A stretch of 64,000 bases of DNA from Squalus acanthias (lineage: Eukaryota), in assembly GCA_030390025.1 (NCBI GenBank), contig JASTWF010000344.1, positions 1 through 64,000 on the forward strand. Reading direction: 5' to 3'. Both the position numbers and the translations under genes were made by a program. The notes below the pieces were generated by a model. The model had not been told where the DNA came from and made no database searches. It was given only the letters and a program-made list of their open reading frames with translations. Shown one piece after another: positions 62,089-64,000 of the stretch. Each line of letters starts with the position of its first letter. Within the stretch, counting starts at the first letter, position 1.

Positions 62089-62893
62089 GATCAGGAGCAG
62101 GAACCCTGGCTGATTTCCCCTCTCTCTAATCCAGGGGTCAGTGGACAGTGATCAGGAGCAGGAACCCTGGCTGATTTCCCCTCTCTCTAACCCAGGGGTC
62201 ACTGGACAGTGATCAGGAGCAGGAACCCTGGCTGATTTCCCCTCTCTCTAACGCAGGGGTCACTGGACAGTGATCAGGAGCAGGAACCCTGGCTGATTTC
62301 CCCTCTCTCTAACCCAGGGGTCAGTGGACAGTGATCAGGAGCAGGAACCCTGGCTGATTTCCCCTCTCTCTAACCCAGGGGTCAGTGGACAGTGATCAGG
62401 AGCAGGAACCCTGGCTGATTTCCCCTCTCATTGAAGCATACAAAATTATTACAGGGCTTGATAGGGTGGATGCTGGGAGAATGTTTCCCTTGGCTGGGGA
62501 GTCTAGAACCAGGGGCCACAGCCTCAGGATAAAGGGTAGGCCATTCAGGACTGAGATGAGAAGAAATTTCTTCACACAGAGGGTGGTGAATCTTTGGAAT
62601 TCTCTACCCCAGAGGGCTGTGGAGGTTCAGTCATTGGGTATATTCAAAACAGAAGTCGATAGATTTCTGACGAGTAAGGGCATCAAGGGATATGGCGATA
62701 GGGCCGGTGAATGGAGTTGAGGCAGAAGATCAGCCATGATCTCATTGAATGGCGGAGCAGGCTCGAAGGGCCGAATGGCCGACTCCTGCTCCTATTGCTT
62801 ATGTACTTATGTTCTTTCTCTAACCCAGGGGTCACTGGACAGTGATCAGGAGCAGGAACCCTGGCTGATTTCCCCTCTCTCTAACCCAGGGGT
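62089..62893. repeat. 61-bp SINE-derived tandem repeat, interrupted by a CR1 fragment
   Basis: Unit gtgatcaggagcaggaaccctggctgatttcccctctctctaacccaggggtcactggaca. Confidence 0.9.
62426..62816 (+). mobile_element. Short CR1 3' fragment
   Basis: Near-identical to 54420-54790. Confidence 0.95.
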
Positions 62894-63555
62894 CTCTAAG
62901 ACTAATTGTACCTCCTACTGTCTCCCCGGCTAAGGTCAACATCAAGGTCAGTAACGTGACTTGGTAAACTCGCTGAAACACTGACAGAGTTCAGGATTAA
63001 CATTCCAGATTAACATTTACGAGTGGGGTTTAACCAGATACAAAGCCAGCAGAAATCAGTCACTCCACTCGGCTCATTCCTCACAATCTGACCAGCAAAT
63101 CCGCTCCCTCTGACCCTCAGCAGCTATCACTGGGAAGACAGCTCACACCTCTCACGCTCCGTAATCACTGCGATTTGACAGAACAGCGCGACAATAACAC
63201 ATCGAGCTCCCGTAATGTAAACGTAAGGTTACCACCTAGTCACATCTTAACTCCGGCACAAATCTAACGCTAATCGATTCTACGTTCCCCACCGGGTGAA
63301 CATACTAAAATTCTAAATCTACCAGCCTTCTGTCACCTATAAATGGGATTACAGAACCTGTGGGGATTAATTCATACCCTGCAACATACACACTGAGCAC
63401 TGGCTATCTGTATCATTAAAAACCTACAGTTACTGAGAGATTTAAACTAAGAGTCTGGCACAGTGAGCACAGCCTGACACAGACACTAACAGAACACAGG
63501 ACCAGCAATCAGAGCTGATCCCAGATCCCGGCAATAAAGAGACTCCACACAAGGA

Positions 63556-64000
63556 CTTTCAGAAGGCATTTGATAAAGTACCACATAATGCACTTGTTTG
63601 CAAAATTGAAGCCCATGGGATTAAAGGGACAGTGGCAGCGTGGATACAAAATTGGCTAACGGACAGACAGCAGAGAGTAGTGGTGAACGGTTGTTTTTCA
63701 GACTGGAGGGACATGTACAGTGGTGTCCCCCAGGGGTCAGTGTTGGGACCACTGCTCTTTTTGATATATATTAATGACCTGGACTTGGGTGTACAGGGCA
63801 TCATTTCAAAGTTTGCAGATGACATGAAACTCATAAATGTAGTAAACAGTGAGGAGGATAGTAACAGACTTCGGGAGGACATAGACAGACTGGTGAAATG
63901 GGCAGACACACGGCAGATGAAATTTAATGCAGGGAAGTGTGAAGTGATACATTTTGGTAGGAACACTGAGGAGAGGCAATATAAACTGAATGGTACAATT
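63556..64000 (+). mobile_element. CR1 RT fragment running off the window
   Basis: DFQKAFDKVPH..GVPQGSVLGP..FADD..KCEVIHFG. Confidence 0.9.

Noticed and set aside
55790..64000. FKBP8, the human neighbour upstream of KXD1
   Set aside because: No recognisable FKBP or TPR exons in the window.

Overview
Eukaryotic (vertebrate) genomic DNA. The LINE/SINE/minisatellite repertoire points to a cartilaginous fish (shark); this is inferred, not proven. Three protein-coding genes can be spliced by hand: the 5' end of UBA52 (minus strand), a complete three-exon S100 gene (plus strand, 109 aa, S100A10/A11-like) and a complete KXD1 (minus strand, 175 aa, four coding exons plus a predicted non-coding exon 1). 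A possible fourth, unrecognised spliced gene ends near 57.5 kb. Most of the rest is CR1/L2-group LINEs, Penelope-like elements, SINEs, TIR elements and more than a dozen minisatellite arrays; nearly all long ORFs in the track are LINE ORFs or repeat artefacts. Most notable: (1) minimal hammerhead-ribozyme motifs in Penelope-like insertions, including a 458-bp non-coding fold-back element with one on each strand; (2) an S100 gene between KXD1 and UBA52 with a shortened N-terminal EF-hand; (3) minisatellites built from splice donors and from SINE/LINE segments; (4) a 2,929-bp tandem duplication that copied a CR1 RT fragment; (5) a 4.6-kb G-quadruplex-motif array just downstream of KXD1.
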